This document shows positions 20,784 through 31,260 of a stretch of 64,000 nucleotides of DNA, in pieces. This stretch comes from Chlamydiales bacterium. Lineage in GTDB: Bacteria > Chlamydiota > Chlamydiia > Chlamydiales > JAAZZY01. Positions within the stretch are counted from its first letter, which is position 1; each line of letters opens with the position of its first letter. Made by a program: the position numbers and the translations under genes. The stretch spans positions 64,001-128,000 of the forward strand of contig CBDBKM010000008.1 in the NCBI GenBank assembly GCA_965206695.1. Reading direction: 5' to 3'. Below the pieces are notes generated by a model, which was not told the DNA's origin, did not search any database, and saw only the letters and a program-made list of their open reading frames with translations.

Positions 20784-23700
20784 ATGCGGCTAGATAAAAT
20801 TGAGCTTGTTGGCTTCAAATCATTTGCCGATCGAACCATTATAACATTTGATAAACCGGTTACTTCAATTGTGGGCCCTAACGGCTGTGGAAAATCAAAT
20901 ATTGTCGATGCTTTTCGTTGGGTAATGGGAGAGCAGTCTGCCAAATCCATGCGTGGAGATACAATGGTGGATGTGATTTTCTCCGGATCCGGTAAACGTA
21001 AAGTCCTAAATTTTGCAGAAGTCTCTATTACTTTTACTGAGATCAACAGCCTTTTACCTGTTGATTTTGATGAAATCTGTATTTCAAGACGATTATTCCG
21101 TTCCGGAGAATCTGAGTGGTATATCAACAAAAATCCTGTCAGACTCAAAGACATTCATAGTCTTTTTTGGGATACCGGACTGGGTAAAGATGCTTTTTGT
21201 ATTTTTGAGCAAGGCAAGATGGATACCATTATTAATTCCAATCCAATAGAACGTCGTTTTGTTTTTGAATCGGCGGCTAAGGTTGTGCGCTTTAAAGAGA
21301 GGAAAAAAGAAGCCTTAAGAAAACTTGAACATACTGATGCTAATCTAACGCGAGTTCAAGACATTCACAACGAAGTCAACCAACAAATTATACGGCTACA
21401 AAAGCAAGCCGAAGAAGCTCGTATTTTCAATGAACACAAGAATGAACTGGCCAAGCTTAAAAAAGGAATGCTTATTCTCAAGTCCAAAAAATATCGTAAT
21501 CATTTAAAAGTAAAAGTAAAAGAAGTTAATGAATTAAACCAAACTTTAAAAACAGATCAAGATACCTTCATACAGACTGAACAAGCATTTCAGACAAAAA
21601 AGAATCTTAACCAACAACTTGTTGAGAAATTGCGCGTTGAATCCGAAGAGCTTTTTGAAAAAAGAAGTCGCAGAGAAGTTAAGATCACTGAGTTGCAAAA
21701 TCATCAAATGCAAATAGCCCAACTTGCTGAAAGAGCGAGTGAGATCAAAACATCTTTAGTTAGTATCAACGAAAAGTTAGAAGCTGATCAAAAGGAAAAA
21801 GAGACGCAGGTAGTCTACTTTCAAGAAAATGTAAGATATCAAAAAGAAATCAAAAAAGCATTAGATACCTTGACACAAGATCTTAAAGCTCTTGAAGAAA
21901 AAGTGCATTCAGAAAAAAACCAACATAAACAAACGCAAGCCAAATATCTCAATGCTCTGCAAGAAGAGAATCAGCTACAGGCCGCAATAAAAGAAAAAGA
22001 TCTTCGTCTAGAAAACAGCAATCAACAGTTAAAAGATTTTCAAGAGAAAAAAACATCTCTTTTAGATCAAAAGTCACAATTAGATAAAGAGTCTGTTGAT
22101 CAGAAAAAACATATCGATTCACTTTCACAGAAAATCGACAAAGAAAAAGCCATTTTTAAAAATCTTGAAGCTCAAATCCAACAAGCAGACGAAAGAACTA
22201 AATCACTAAAAAAAGACTTAAACTTCTCTGCAAGTGAAATTCAAGGCTTAAAAGTTAAGGGAACCACTTTAAATAAGCTACAAGAAGATATGGAAGGCTG
22301 CTCGATAAGCACTAAAAAGTTACTGAAAGCTTCTTCGGATCCTAAATGTTCCTTCTATCAAAAACTAACTCCTTTAGCCGAGATAATTATTCCCTTACCG
22401 GGATATGAGAGCATTATTGCTAATGCAATGCATCCCTACTTACAAACACTGGTTATCGATAATATCGAGGATATGCAGCAAGTTATCGATTATGCAGATC
22501 AACATAATCTAAAAAATTTCTCTCTTATTGCAAAATCTAAAATAAATGCTAACGCTAATATAAATCAGCTGAGTTCCTTTGCCGAAGATAATGAAGTCGC
22601 CAAGCATTTCTTAAATAAAATCGATTATCAAGATGCTTTGCCTTTGATAGCATCTGAGTCTCTTAAATCTGTAACCATTTATGGAAAAGATTTTTTTATA
22701 GATGCTAAAGGTGTTCTTTTTCACGTTTCTTTAGGTTCACAAAATCTTTTCCATCGAGAAGCCGAACTTAAAAAAATCTCTTATACCATAAAGAAACTTA
22801 AGGCCAAAAATACCGAACTTAATAAAAGCTATGAACAAGCAACAGCCGCATCCCTTTCTTTACTTGAAAAATACAAAGAAAAAGATAAAGAAATGCGTCA
22901 GCAGGAACTGTCCTTATTAGAGATTAATTTTTCCTATCATAGGAACAAAGAAGCACACGCCCGGGTTGAAAAACAATTCCAAAATTGTATTGAAAAACAT
23001 CCCGATGATACCAAAGCACTTCAACAAATTGAAGTGGCTTTAGAGGACTTAACAAAGCAATTGACAACCTTAAATAAAGAAAAAGAAAACTATCATAAAG
23101 ATTTTTCTGCGATTGATTCAAGTTTTGAAGAATCTTTTGCTTTATTAAAAGAAAAGCGAAACAAACAATCAGAAGTTGAGGAACGATATCGTGACCTAAC
23201 TAATGAGATTCAAAAATTGACTCATAAAAACCAACTCATAGATCATCAACATCAAGAATACTTACGTCAAATTTCTTTTTATCATGAAGAAATTCACAAG
23301 AATACCGAGAAAAAAAATCTTTTAATGAACCAAGCAGCTGATTTTGAGAAAGTGATTAAAGATTATGAAGTACAATTAAATATTGCCAATGACTCCTATC
23401 AACAACATCAACTCGAATTACAAACTTTAAATGCTCAAATCGAATCCTTTGAAAAACATATAAATGAAGCACGCACACAACAAGAGCTTTTAAAACACAC
23501 AGAAATGGAATTAAGGATCGCAATATCGCAATTAGAGACTAATTACAACACCACTTTAAATGACTTAGATCAATCATACGGACTCAATATAGATGAAATT
23601 GATTCATTTGATATCTCCTTTATAGCGTCTATTAGAGAAGCTGAAAAAAGAATTCCGTTTTTACAAAATGAGTTAGAAAAACATCCTGAAATTAATTTAG

Positions 23701-24320
23701 CTGCAATAGCAGAGTGTGAAGAACATCGCACTCGATCTGATTTTTTAGATAAACAGCTTCTGGATCTTAATAATGCTAAAACCGAACTTGTCGATATCAT
23801 CACCACATTAGACAAAACATCTAAAAAAACATTTAAAGAAACGTTCGCAACAATACGAACCAATTTTAAAAAGAACTATTTAACTCTTTTCAATGGAGGA
23901 GAAGCGGACCTAAAACTTACCGAAAACGCAGATATTCTAGAAGCGGGTATAGAAATCGTTGCAAAACCTCCCGGTAAACAAATGCGTTCTATTCAATTAT
24001 TATCAGGTGGAGAAAAGTGCTTAACAGCGATCGCTCTTCTTTTTGCTCTTTTTGAAACCCGGCCTATCCCTTTTTGTATTTTGGATGAGATTGATGCGCC
24101 ATTAGATGACGCTAATATCGATAGATTTACTAATGTATTAAAACAATTTATGAAAAAGAATCAATTAATTATAATTACACATAATAAAAGAACCATGGCA
24201 ATTGCAGACATACTTTTTGGCGTATCTATGCAAGAAAGAGGGGTATCACAAATCATACCGTTAAAGTTCAAAACAGAAAAAGAAGTCAACCCTCAATCTA
24301 AAGCTGTCGCAATCAACTAA
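20784..24320 (+). CDS. smc: Chromosome segregation protein SMC
   Basis: GFKSF, GPNGCGKSN, long coiled coils, LLSGGEK, LDEIDAPLD and IIITH motifs. Confidence 0.97.
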   Translation: MRLDKIELVGFKSFADRTIITFDKPVTSIVGPNGCGKSNIVDAFRWVMGEQSAKSMRGDTMVDVIFSGSGKRKVLNFAEVSITFTEINSLLPVDFDEICISRRLFRSGESEWYINKNPVRLKDIHSLFWDTGLGKDAFCIFEQGKMDTIINSNPIERRFVFESAAKVVRFKERKKEALRKLEHTDANLTRVQDIHNEVNQQIIRLQKQAEEARIFNEHKNELAKLKKGMLILKSKKYRNHLKVKVKEVNELNQTLKTDQDTFIQTEQAFQTKKNLNQQLVEKLRVESEELFEKRSRREVKITELQNHQMQIAQLAERASEIKTSLVSINEKLEADQKEKETQVVYFQENVRYQKEIKKALDTLTQDLKALEEKVHSEKNQHKQTQAKYLNALQEENQLQAAIKEKDLRLENSNQQLKDFQEKKTSLLDQKSQLDKESVDQKKHIDSLSQKIDKEKAIFKNLEAQIQQADERTKSLKKDLNFSASEIQGLKVKGTTLNKLQEDMEGCSISTKKLLKASSDPKCSFYQKLTPLAEIIIPLPGYESIIANAMHPYLQTLVIDNIEDMQQVIDYADQHNLKNFSLIAKSKINANANINQLSSFAEDNEVAKHFLNKIDYQDALPLIASESLKSVTIYGKDFFIDAKGVLFHVSLGSQNLFHREAELKKISYTIKKLKAKNTELNKSYEQATAASLSLLEKYKEKDKEMRQQELSLLEINFSYHRNKEAHARVEKQFQNCIEKHPDDTKALQQIEVALEDLTKQLTTLNKEKENYHKDFSAIDSSFEESFALLKEKRNKQSEVEERYRDLTNEIQKLTHKNQLIDHQHQEYLRQISFYHEEIHKNTEKKNLLMNQAADFEKVIKDYEVQLNIANDSYQQHQLELQTLNAQIESFEKHINEARTQQELLKHTEMELRIAISQLETNYNTTLNDLDQSYGLNIDEIDSFDISFIASIREAEKRIPFLQNELEKHPEINLAAIAECEEHRTRSDFLDKQLLDLNNAKTELVDIITTLDKTSKKTFKETFATIRTNFKKNYLTLFNGGEADLKLTENADILEAGIEIVAKPPGKQMRSIQLLSGGEKCLTAIALLFALFETRPIPFCILDEIDAPLDDANIDRFTNVLKQFMKKNQLIIITHNKRTMAIADILFGVSMQERGVSQIIPLKFKTEKEVNPQSKAVAIN

Positions 24321-24340
24321 TCTTATCCTATTCCAAAACA

Positions 24341-24491
24341 CATCAGCCGAAAGTAGCCGCTTAACGGTAATGATGGGGACGTGTTGAAACAGGAAAAGCG
24401 CAGCGAAGAAACACTTGCAGGACGCAAGTAGCTAGACGTAGTCAGCGATTCTAAGAGTTAGCCGCCGTCTCGGAGGATTACTAATCTGATG
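24341..24491. other. GC-richer structured intergenic element (palindromic repeat or ncRNA candidate)
   Basis: Ends pair (CATCAG...CTGATG; AGTAGCC with GGATTACT, imperfect); internal hairpins GCCG-cttaa-CGGT and ACTTGC-aggac-GCAAGT. Confidence 0.4.
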
Positions 24492-24557
24492 CTTTAAATT
24501 TTTGAATGAAAGAGAAGTGTCAATGCACGAAGTTATACATTATTAATAAAATAAACG

Positions 24558-25393
24558 GTAGTCCTAAACAAGTAATGCTTTTTTTCTATTATAATCACAG
24601 ATAAAATATTGAATCATTCCAATATGGTTTGCCGTTTTCTTTGAAAATGATAATGTTTTTCTCACAAGTCTTGAACATCTTTGTCGTAAGGTATTATTAA
24701 ATCTTTCAATGTAACTTGTTTTTCCGGATTCTTTTCCAACAGGACGATGTTGTTTCCATGGAATGATTTCATAGTATACAGGAAACTTATCTGTATAAAA
24801 AAGGGCTTTTTTTTTAAATCTTCAGGTAGTTTTTTTAAAAGCATTTCTCCCGATTCACGGCTTCGTTTGCCAACGTGCATCGCTACAACCTGTCTTGTTT
24901 TGAATGAAAGACAAGCCATAGCCATTGTTGATTTCCTTTTTTTTGTACAAAGCTCCACTGTTCATCCGGCGCACAAATCGCTACTTCAAATTATTCATTT
25001 TTAGTAGTTAATATTGCATTTAAATGTTCCGGTAATTCGAATATTATTTCCTCCATAAATCATAACAACCAAGGTATACTGATAGAAAAAATCCTACATA
25101 TACCTTCAAGAGAAACTCGTTCTAAAAGAGCCTGTTGAACTTCATGACGAGTGCGTTGATCGATTATTTTATTTTTCGGTTTTAATACAAATTGTCTAGT
25201 GCATACAAGACAGTAGTAATTTTGTTTGCCATTATGAATATAACCATTTTTTTTGATACTCTTTGAATCACAAGACGGACAGGTTGATTTCATGAAAATC
25301 TCCCTTAAAAACAAAAATAGAGAGACAAGGAAAACTCTAAAAATGATCCATGTCAACTAAAATTTTTCATAAGCATTACTTGTTTAGGATTAC
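24558..25393 (-). mobile_element. IS1-family element with disrupted insA/insB
   Basis: 23-bp TIRs gtagtcctaaacaagtaatgctt / aagcattacttgtttaggattac; InsA-like CPSC...KKNG...GKQNYYCLVC from ATG 25293; premature TGA at 25060-25062; InsB fragments frameshifted. Confidence 0.9.
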
Positions 25394-25600
25394 AAAAAAA
25401 ATATAAATGATTGGCAATTAAACATTTAGTTTAATTAATTTATTTTTGCAATTTTTTAACTATTAAGATTTAAATAAATTATTAAAACTACCGGAAACAA
25501 GCTATTTATATTTAATATTTGATTAAAATCTTAATATCTGTTATAATTTAGTTTATATTGTTTTCATCCCTCTATTAAACTAACATATAAAAACAGAATA

Positions 25601-25894
25601 ATGAATAAATTAACTTATCAACAAGACATTGGTATTCAGAAGCTTATAAAATTTATTAAAGAGATTAAGTTGCCTTTAAAATCAGGTTATTTGAAACAAG
25701 TGAAAGAGTATATCGAATCGATTATGTCTGATCTTAATTTAACTGATTTTCCTGTTAATAAAGTGTTTATGATTGAAACTTTTAAGAAGCTACTGTTCAA
25801 AGGAGTAGATGAGATGGCGGGTAATGGAGGTAATCCAAGAGAAGGTAAAGAAGATGCCATAAGATCATTAAATGGTATTCAAAAGAGCATATAA
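25601..25894 (+). CDS. Hypothetical protein
   Basis: 97-aa ATG ORF after an AT-rich region; no recognised motif. Confidence 0.45.
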   Translation: MNKLTYQQDIGIQKLIKFIKEIKLPLKSGYLKQVKEYIESIMSDLNLTDFPVNKVFMIETFKKLLFKGVDEMAGNGGNPREGKEDAIRSLNGIQKSI

Positions 25895-25954
25895 GCTAAG
25901 GGTTTTCTCGATTAAAGCCTTGTTCCCTTGAGAATTAGAAGTTGTCAAAGGTTA

Positions 25955-26126
25955 TTGACTTCCTCCAACGACTAAAGCCGATGGATTCCCATCCTTTACA
26001 GTTAGGAGATTCCTTTAATCCTCTACCAACTTACTTTAAATTAAAGTAGGATTACTCTCGTTTTGTAGTAGTATCCATTTCCAAGGCTATGGGTTTTTAC
26101 GAAACCCTTCCCGTATGTCCTATGGT
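25955..26126 (-). ncRNA. IS200/IS605-type right end / TnpB omegaRNA-like scaffold without a tnpB gene
   Basis: Minus strand reads ACCATAGGACATACGGGAA...GAATCCATCGGCTTTAGTCGTTGGAGGAAGTCAA, resembling IS605-group right ends that terminate in TCAA; several internal hairpins. Confidence 0.6.
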
Positions 26127-26567
26127 AATTCTGAAAAACAACTCCTCTATCTCACAACATGATATTATACAATTAGCAGACACATTCAACAATGCATTAC
26201 ACTCTTCTAAAAAATGTGTTTTAAATCCTATGGATTCCATTCTTCTTATCTTAACCGGCCCTATTTAACATGACACCCAATATAAAGGCGATCTTATAGA
26301 TACCCTTCGTTCCTTTATTCAAACACTAATCACTCTCTTATAAACCAATTGATATTGAAAATTGTTTGAGATATTGGCATGCTTCAAAATAAGATTAATA
26401 ATTCACGTAACTCTCATTTTTAGTGTTATTCAAGAGCTTTTAAAATATATTGGTGCCATGTACCCATTTTAAGTTATATCTCATGGGACATTATGAAGCC
26501 TCTGATCAACTTCAACTCATTACTCTTAAGGTTTTAAAACCATAACTCTTACACTTTCGAAACTTAT

Positions 26568-27507
26568 TATAGTCGTTTAATTTTACATTGATAAGATTGC
26601 TTGATCAATGGCGAATTTAAAATTCGTAACTTTTCGTAATATCTCTCTAACTTTATTTTTCATATTAGCCCAATATTTTTCTATAGGATTTAAGTCCGGA
26701 GAATATGGAGGAAGAAACATAAGCTTACAACCGGCAGATTCTACTGTTTTCCTGCTTTCCGCTGACTTGTGAAAACCGGCATTGTCAAGAATAAGAACAC
26801 TACCGGGTGTAAGCTGAGGAGTCAAAACTTCCTTAAGCCAAATATTGAATAACCCGGTATTACAAGTACCTTCAAAACCCATTGGAGATAAAAACTGCCC
26901 TTTAGATAGGGCTGAAATAATATTTTGCCTTATAAAGCGGTTTCCTGAAACCGCTCCAAAAACTTTTTTGCCGCGTAAGCTTCTTCCGGACTCACGAAAT
27001 AAAAATTGATGAATCCCGGTTTCATCGAGATAAATCCTCTTGTCAAAGGGAATATTTTTTAAATCTTTCATAAAAGCTTCCCGTTTCTTTTCATCTCTTT
27101 CCTTATAGCGAGTAGTTTTTTTTTTCGTGTAATTTTTAATCTTTTAAGGGCATAAAAAATCGTTTGCGGAGTGACTGAAAAATAATCAGCAATTTCCGAT
27201 AAAAAATAATCCGGATGTTTTTCTACATATTTAGATAACAACTCATCATCTAATTTCTTATAAGCATATTTTCTGCGGATTGGCTTTAAATGTCCTTTTT
27301 GCTTTTTTTTGCAAGATCCATCGATATATTGTTGCGATACCTACTTGAAAAATATGGCCGGCTGTTTTTTTATCATGATGTTTTTCTATATGTTGTAATA
27401 CTTTCTCTCGAAGATCTACTGAATAGGCTCTAGGCATTGTTTTGTCCTTATTGTTTGTATAAAAAAAGAAGGATAACATATTATCAAATAAAAATTAAAG
27501 TACTATA
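26568..27507 (-). mobile_element. IS630-family element, copy B (frameshifted ORF A)
   Basis: Near-identical to copies A, C and D; TA-flanked TIRs; one extra A in an A7 run of ORF A. Confidence 0.95.
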
Positions 27508-27552
27508 AATAAAAAATTCAACCTCTCATTTCTTCAATGCGAAACTCCTGTA

Positions 27553-27820
27553 AGATAGGTATCCGGATATTTTTGAAGATATTGTTTAAGTTTATTACTA
27601 TCAATTTTACTCGAACCGGGACGTCTTTTGTTAGGTGCTAAGATCTACAGTCTTTCTCAAGAAATCCGGTTCGATAAAGTGCGGGCTGTAAGTGAAAAAA
27701 TGACACTTACCTCTTTTCGTGTCCCCAACTTTTTAATATATTTTAATGCTTGTTTTCTTAAATCAAGTGAATATGTCATCCGGATATTCTATATGAAAAA
27801 TAAAATTTAAAGCACTACAT
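27553..27820 (-). pseudogene. Remnant of a divergent IS630 ORF A
   Basis: Minus strand MTYSLDLRKQALKYIKK...KIDSNKLKQYLQKYPDTYL with stops; end aaaatttaaagcactaca resembles the IS630 TIR; cut next to an IS701-like end gcgaaactcctg (27539-27550). Confidence 0.65.
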
Positions 27821-27901
27821 CTTCCGTGTCTTACCAAGGTATGTCAATGTCTTTTTGACTAACGAATATTATTCTTAAAAAATAAATAGAATCTACTCTT
27901 C

Positions 27902-29119
27902 TTATTCGTTTTTTATTGTAAAGTTATAATGAGGGCCATAGTTTATAAAGAACTCTTCCCCCTCAGGGATATTTTTATTAGCTACATAAAAATTTATATT
28001 TTTACCAAAAAGAACTACAGATATATTATTTGCTCCTATTTTTATATCATCTCCTAACTGAGCGGTATTTACCAAGCTAAGTTGATTTCCCGAATTGAAT
28101 CCATCAACAAAACGATGGGACGAGGACGTTTCAAATAGATATGCTGAAATATTTCTCGGGCCATGCTGTCTTTTTACTTGCGAGAAAGTTTCTTCTCCGT
28201 CATGAAGGACCCCTGAATAAGGGCCTAAAACTTCGAATGCTTTAATATCTCTTTTTGCAAAGGCAGATTCTCCTCTGAACGGCCCTATATCTATAGGAGT
28301 GCTAATCTTATAAATATCACGCAAACGATTTGTATATTCTGTTCTCTTCTCTTCGCTTAGTATTAACCATTCACGCATGCTGTTCTTTATTGTATCATGA
28401 ATTTTCTTTTTTTCTGAGGTAGTTCCGTTCAGGTATCTTTTATTGAGGTAACCCCACTTTGAAACTTTGATATTTTCTATGTCTCCTTCAGCTTGATACA
28501 GAAGACTCTGTGTTTTATCCTCCGGTTTTTGCAAGACGGGTAAGGTGTCGTCTATTTTACGAGTAACTGTAGACGAGTCCAAAATAGCACAGTCCGAATC
28601 TTTGTTATTTAAATTCGGCTCTTCCTTTATCGACAGAATCTCACGGTCTGATGAAGTTTTATCCGGCAATACACTATGTATTATATCATCCGGGTTCTTT
28701 TTAGTTTCTTCACCTCTAGATTTTCTACGTCGCTCTTTCTGTGCTTTAGACATCTTCTCTCTAGTTGCATCAGATACAGTATGCCCTTTATGTGCCTCAG
28801 ATAGTTGTTTTCTAGCGTCTTCACCTTTAGGTCCTGTATATCGCTTTTTCTGTGCTTCAGATATTTTCCTTTTAGTTTCATCAGATACAGTATGCCCTTG
28901 ATGTGATTTAGACATTTTATCTTTAGTTGCATCAGTAACTTTACGTTTCTTGCTTGGATGTGGAGAGACATTGTTGTTGTTTGTTTGTGTAATAGAAGTT
29001 ATGGCATAACTAGAGATAGATTGGTTTGGTTCACTGATTACAGGTGCTTGTTGATATAATGCTATCTTATTAACCCAATTGAAAACGTCTTGGGGTTGTT
29101 TATTGTTAAAAATGCTCAT
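27902..29119 (-). CDS. SET-domain protein with NLS and NUMOD3-like repeats (candidate nuclear effector)
   Basis: PSKKRKV; repeats HTVSDETKRKISEAQK and HTVSDATREKMSKAQK; C-terminal SET-like FAKRDIKAFEVLGPYSG...FYVANKNIPEGEEFFINYG. Confidence 0.8.
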   Translation of the reverse strand: MSIFNNKQPQDVFNWVNKIALYQQAPVISEPNQSISSYAITSITQTNNNNVSPHPSKKRKVTDATKDKMSKSHQGHTVSDETKRKISEAQKKRYTGPKGEDARKQLSEAHKGHTVSDATREKMSKAQKERRRKSRGEETKKNPDDIIHSVLPDKTSSDREILSIKEEPNLNNKDSDCAILDSSTVTRKIDDTLPVLQKPEDKTQSLLYQAEGDIENIKVSKWGYLNKRYLNGTTSEKKKIHDTIKNSMREWLILSEEKRTEYTNRLRDIYKISTPIDIGPFRGESAFAKRDIKAFEVLGPYSGVLHDGEETFSQVKRQHGPRNISAYLFETSSSHRFVDGFNSGNQLSLVNTAQLGDDIKIGANNISVVLFGKNINFYVANKNIPEGEEFFINYGPHYNFTIKNE

Positions 29120-29379
29120 ACAACACCTTTATTTAATGTTTATAAATAATTACAACACATTCCTATTAATTATTTATTAAGAATAAAGGTTTAATAAACA
29201 ATTAAACATACTCAGCAATATAATACTTATTAACATATACTAAATTAAATCAAAGAGGCTTGTTTTGTTGGGTTATCTGCCAATTCAGATTTATTATAGT
29301 AAAGATCTCTGCATAACTTTTGCCAACCCATGAATTTTAGTTAGTAATAGGTTGATATAGAGAAAATTGGTTTTAAAAG

Positions 29380-29715
29380 GTAATCCCCCCATAATTAAGC
29401 GGCATTAGGATTAGAGGTTTTGTTATAGTTGGCATATTGTGCCATTTTCATAATGGGTGTTATACCACCTAAAGCGATATTAGGGCGTTCATTATTATAA
29501 TGCCATAACCACCTTGTGGCTTCTTCTTGTGCTTGTTGAATGGAGATAAACAACCGCATATCTAACCATTCATGACGCACCGTACGATTGTAAGGTTCAA
29601 GATAAGCATTTTGCTGCGGTTTCCCGGGTTGGATAAACGACAGAAGAATACTTTGATGGTTTGCCCAATCAAAAAGCTGCCGGCTGATATATTCCGGACC
29701 ATTATCGCATCGAAA
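29380..29715 (-). mobile_element. IS3-family 3' remnant (integrase core), truncated by an IS5-like element
   Basis: DNGPEY, IQPGKPQQNAYLE and WLWHYNNERP motifs; terminal ggggggattac. Confidence 0.85.
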
Positions 29716-30240
29716 AGACCCCTGCATAAGTTCCATATTTTTTAAAAATTTGCAATAATATTTCCATATTTTAAATTAGGGTATAGAGATGAGTTTTTTC
29801 ACAGTTGTAGCTAAAGATAGAATCAGTAAAGAGCATTATTTGATAAAAATAGATAACCTTATCAATTGGAAAGCACCGGATAGAAAGCTCAGAGGTATTC
29901 ATATCAACGAAGTAAATCCTAAAGGAGGGCCTAAAGCCTACAATAACCTTTCAATGTTTAAGGCTATTCTTTTAGGACAGTGGCATAGCCTCAGTGATTC
30001 CGGACTAGAAGAGGCTCTGAGTTTACGTCTAGATTTCATGCTATTTACCGGATTTGAGATCGTCGATAAATTCCCTGATGAAACCACTTTATGCCGCTTT
30101 AGAAACCATCTTATAAAAAAAAATCTACATGGATTGCTTTTTGCAGAAATTAATGCCCGGCTTGAGGAGCATGGGATTAAGGTGCGTTATGCGAAAACGG
30201 CTTTAGTAGATGCTACCATCATTGATTCTTCTGCAAGGTC
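29716..30240 (+). mobile_element. IS5-family 5' fragment, truncated by IS630 copy C
   Basis: Left end agacccctgcataag; ORF with QWHSLSD, PDETTLCRFR and VDATII ending at the IS630 boundary. Confidence 0.85.
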
Positions 30241-31179
30241 TATAGTATTTTAATTTTTATTTGATAATATGTTATCCTTCTTTTTTTATACAAACAGTAA
30301 GGACAAAACAATGCCTAGAGCCTATTCAGTAGATCTTCGAGAGAAAGTATTACAACATATAGAAAAACATCATGATAAAAAAACAGCCGGCCATATTTTT
30401 CAAGTAGGTATCGCAACAATATATCGATGGATCTTGCAAAAAAAGCAAAAAGGACATTTAAAGCCAATCCGCAGAAAATATGCTTATAAGAAATTAGATG
30501 ATGAGTTGTTATCTAAATATGTAGAAAAACATCCGGATTATTTTTTATCGGAAATTGCTGATTATTTTTCAGTCACTCCGCAAACGATTTTTTATGCCCT
30601 TAAAAGATTAAAAATTACACGAAAAAAAAAACTACTCGCTATAAGGAAAGAGATGAAAAGAAACGGGAAGCTTTTATGAAAGATTTAAAAAATATTCCCT
30701 TTGACAAGAGAATTTATCTCGATGAAACCGGGATTCATCAATTTTTATTTCGTGAGTCCGGAAGAAGCTTACGCGGCAAAAGAGTTTTTGGAGCGGTTTC
30801 AGGAAACCGCTTTATAAGGCAAAATATTATTTCAGCCCTATCTAAAGGGCAGTTTTTATCTCCAATGTGTTTTGAAGGTACTTGTAATACCGGGTTATTC
30901 AATATTTGGCTTAAGGAAGTTTTGACTCCTCAGCTTACACCCGGTAGTGTTCTTATTCTTGACAATGCCGGTTTTCACAAGTCAGCGGAAAGCAGGAAAA
31001 CAGTAGAATCTGCCGGTTGTAAGCTTATGTTTCTTCCTCCCTATTCTCCGGACTTAAATCCTATAGAAAAATATTGGGCTAATATGAAAAATAAAGTTAG
31101 AGAGATATTACGAAAAGTTACGAATTTTAAATTCGCCATTGATCAAGCAATCTTATCAATATAAAATTAAATGACTATA
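30241..31179 (+). mobile_element. IS630-family element, copy C (apparently intact)
   Basis: TA-flanked TIRs; ORF A (HTH) and ORF B (DDE) joined by a -1 shift at an A10 run. Confidence 0.96.
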
Positions 31180-31260
31180 CATGTGGAGTAAGTTTCAACA
31201 ATTACTCATTCTAATGAATTGTTTATTTTTTTGCTTAGGATCTTCTTCTTGTTCATATAC

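Noticed and set aside
24341..24491. tRNA or tmRNA call for the structured element
   Set aside because: No cloverleaf, T-loop, CCA end or tag reading frame is recognisable.
25060..25062. In-frame TGA codons in IS remnants (also 51621-51623) as selenocysteine or recoded Trp
   Set aside because: They occur in otherwise decayed transposases, and housekeeping genes here use TGG for Trp; simple nonsense mutations are more likely.
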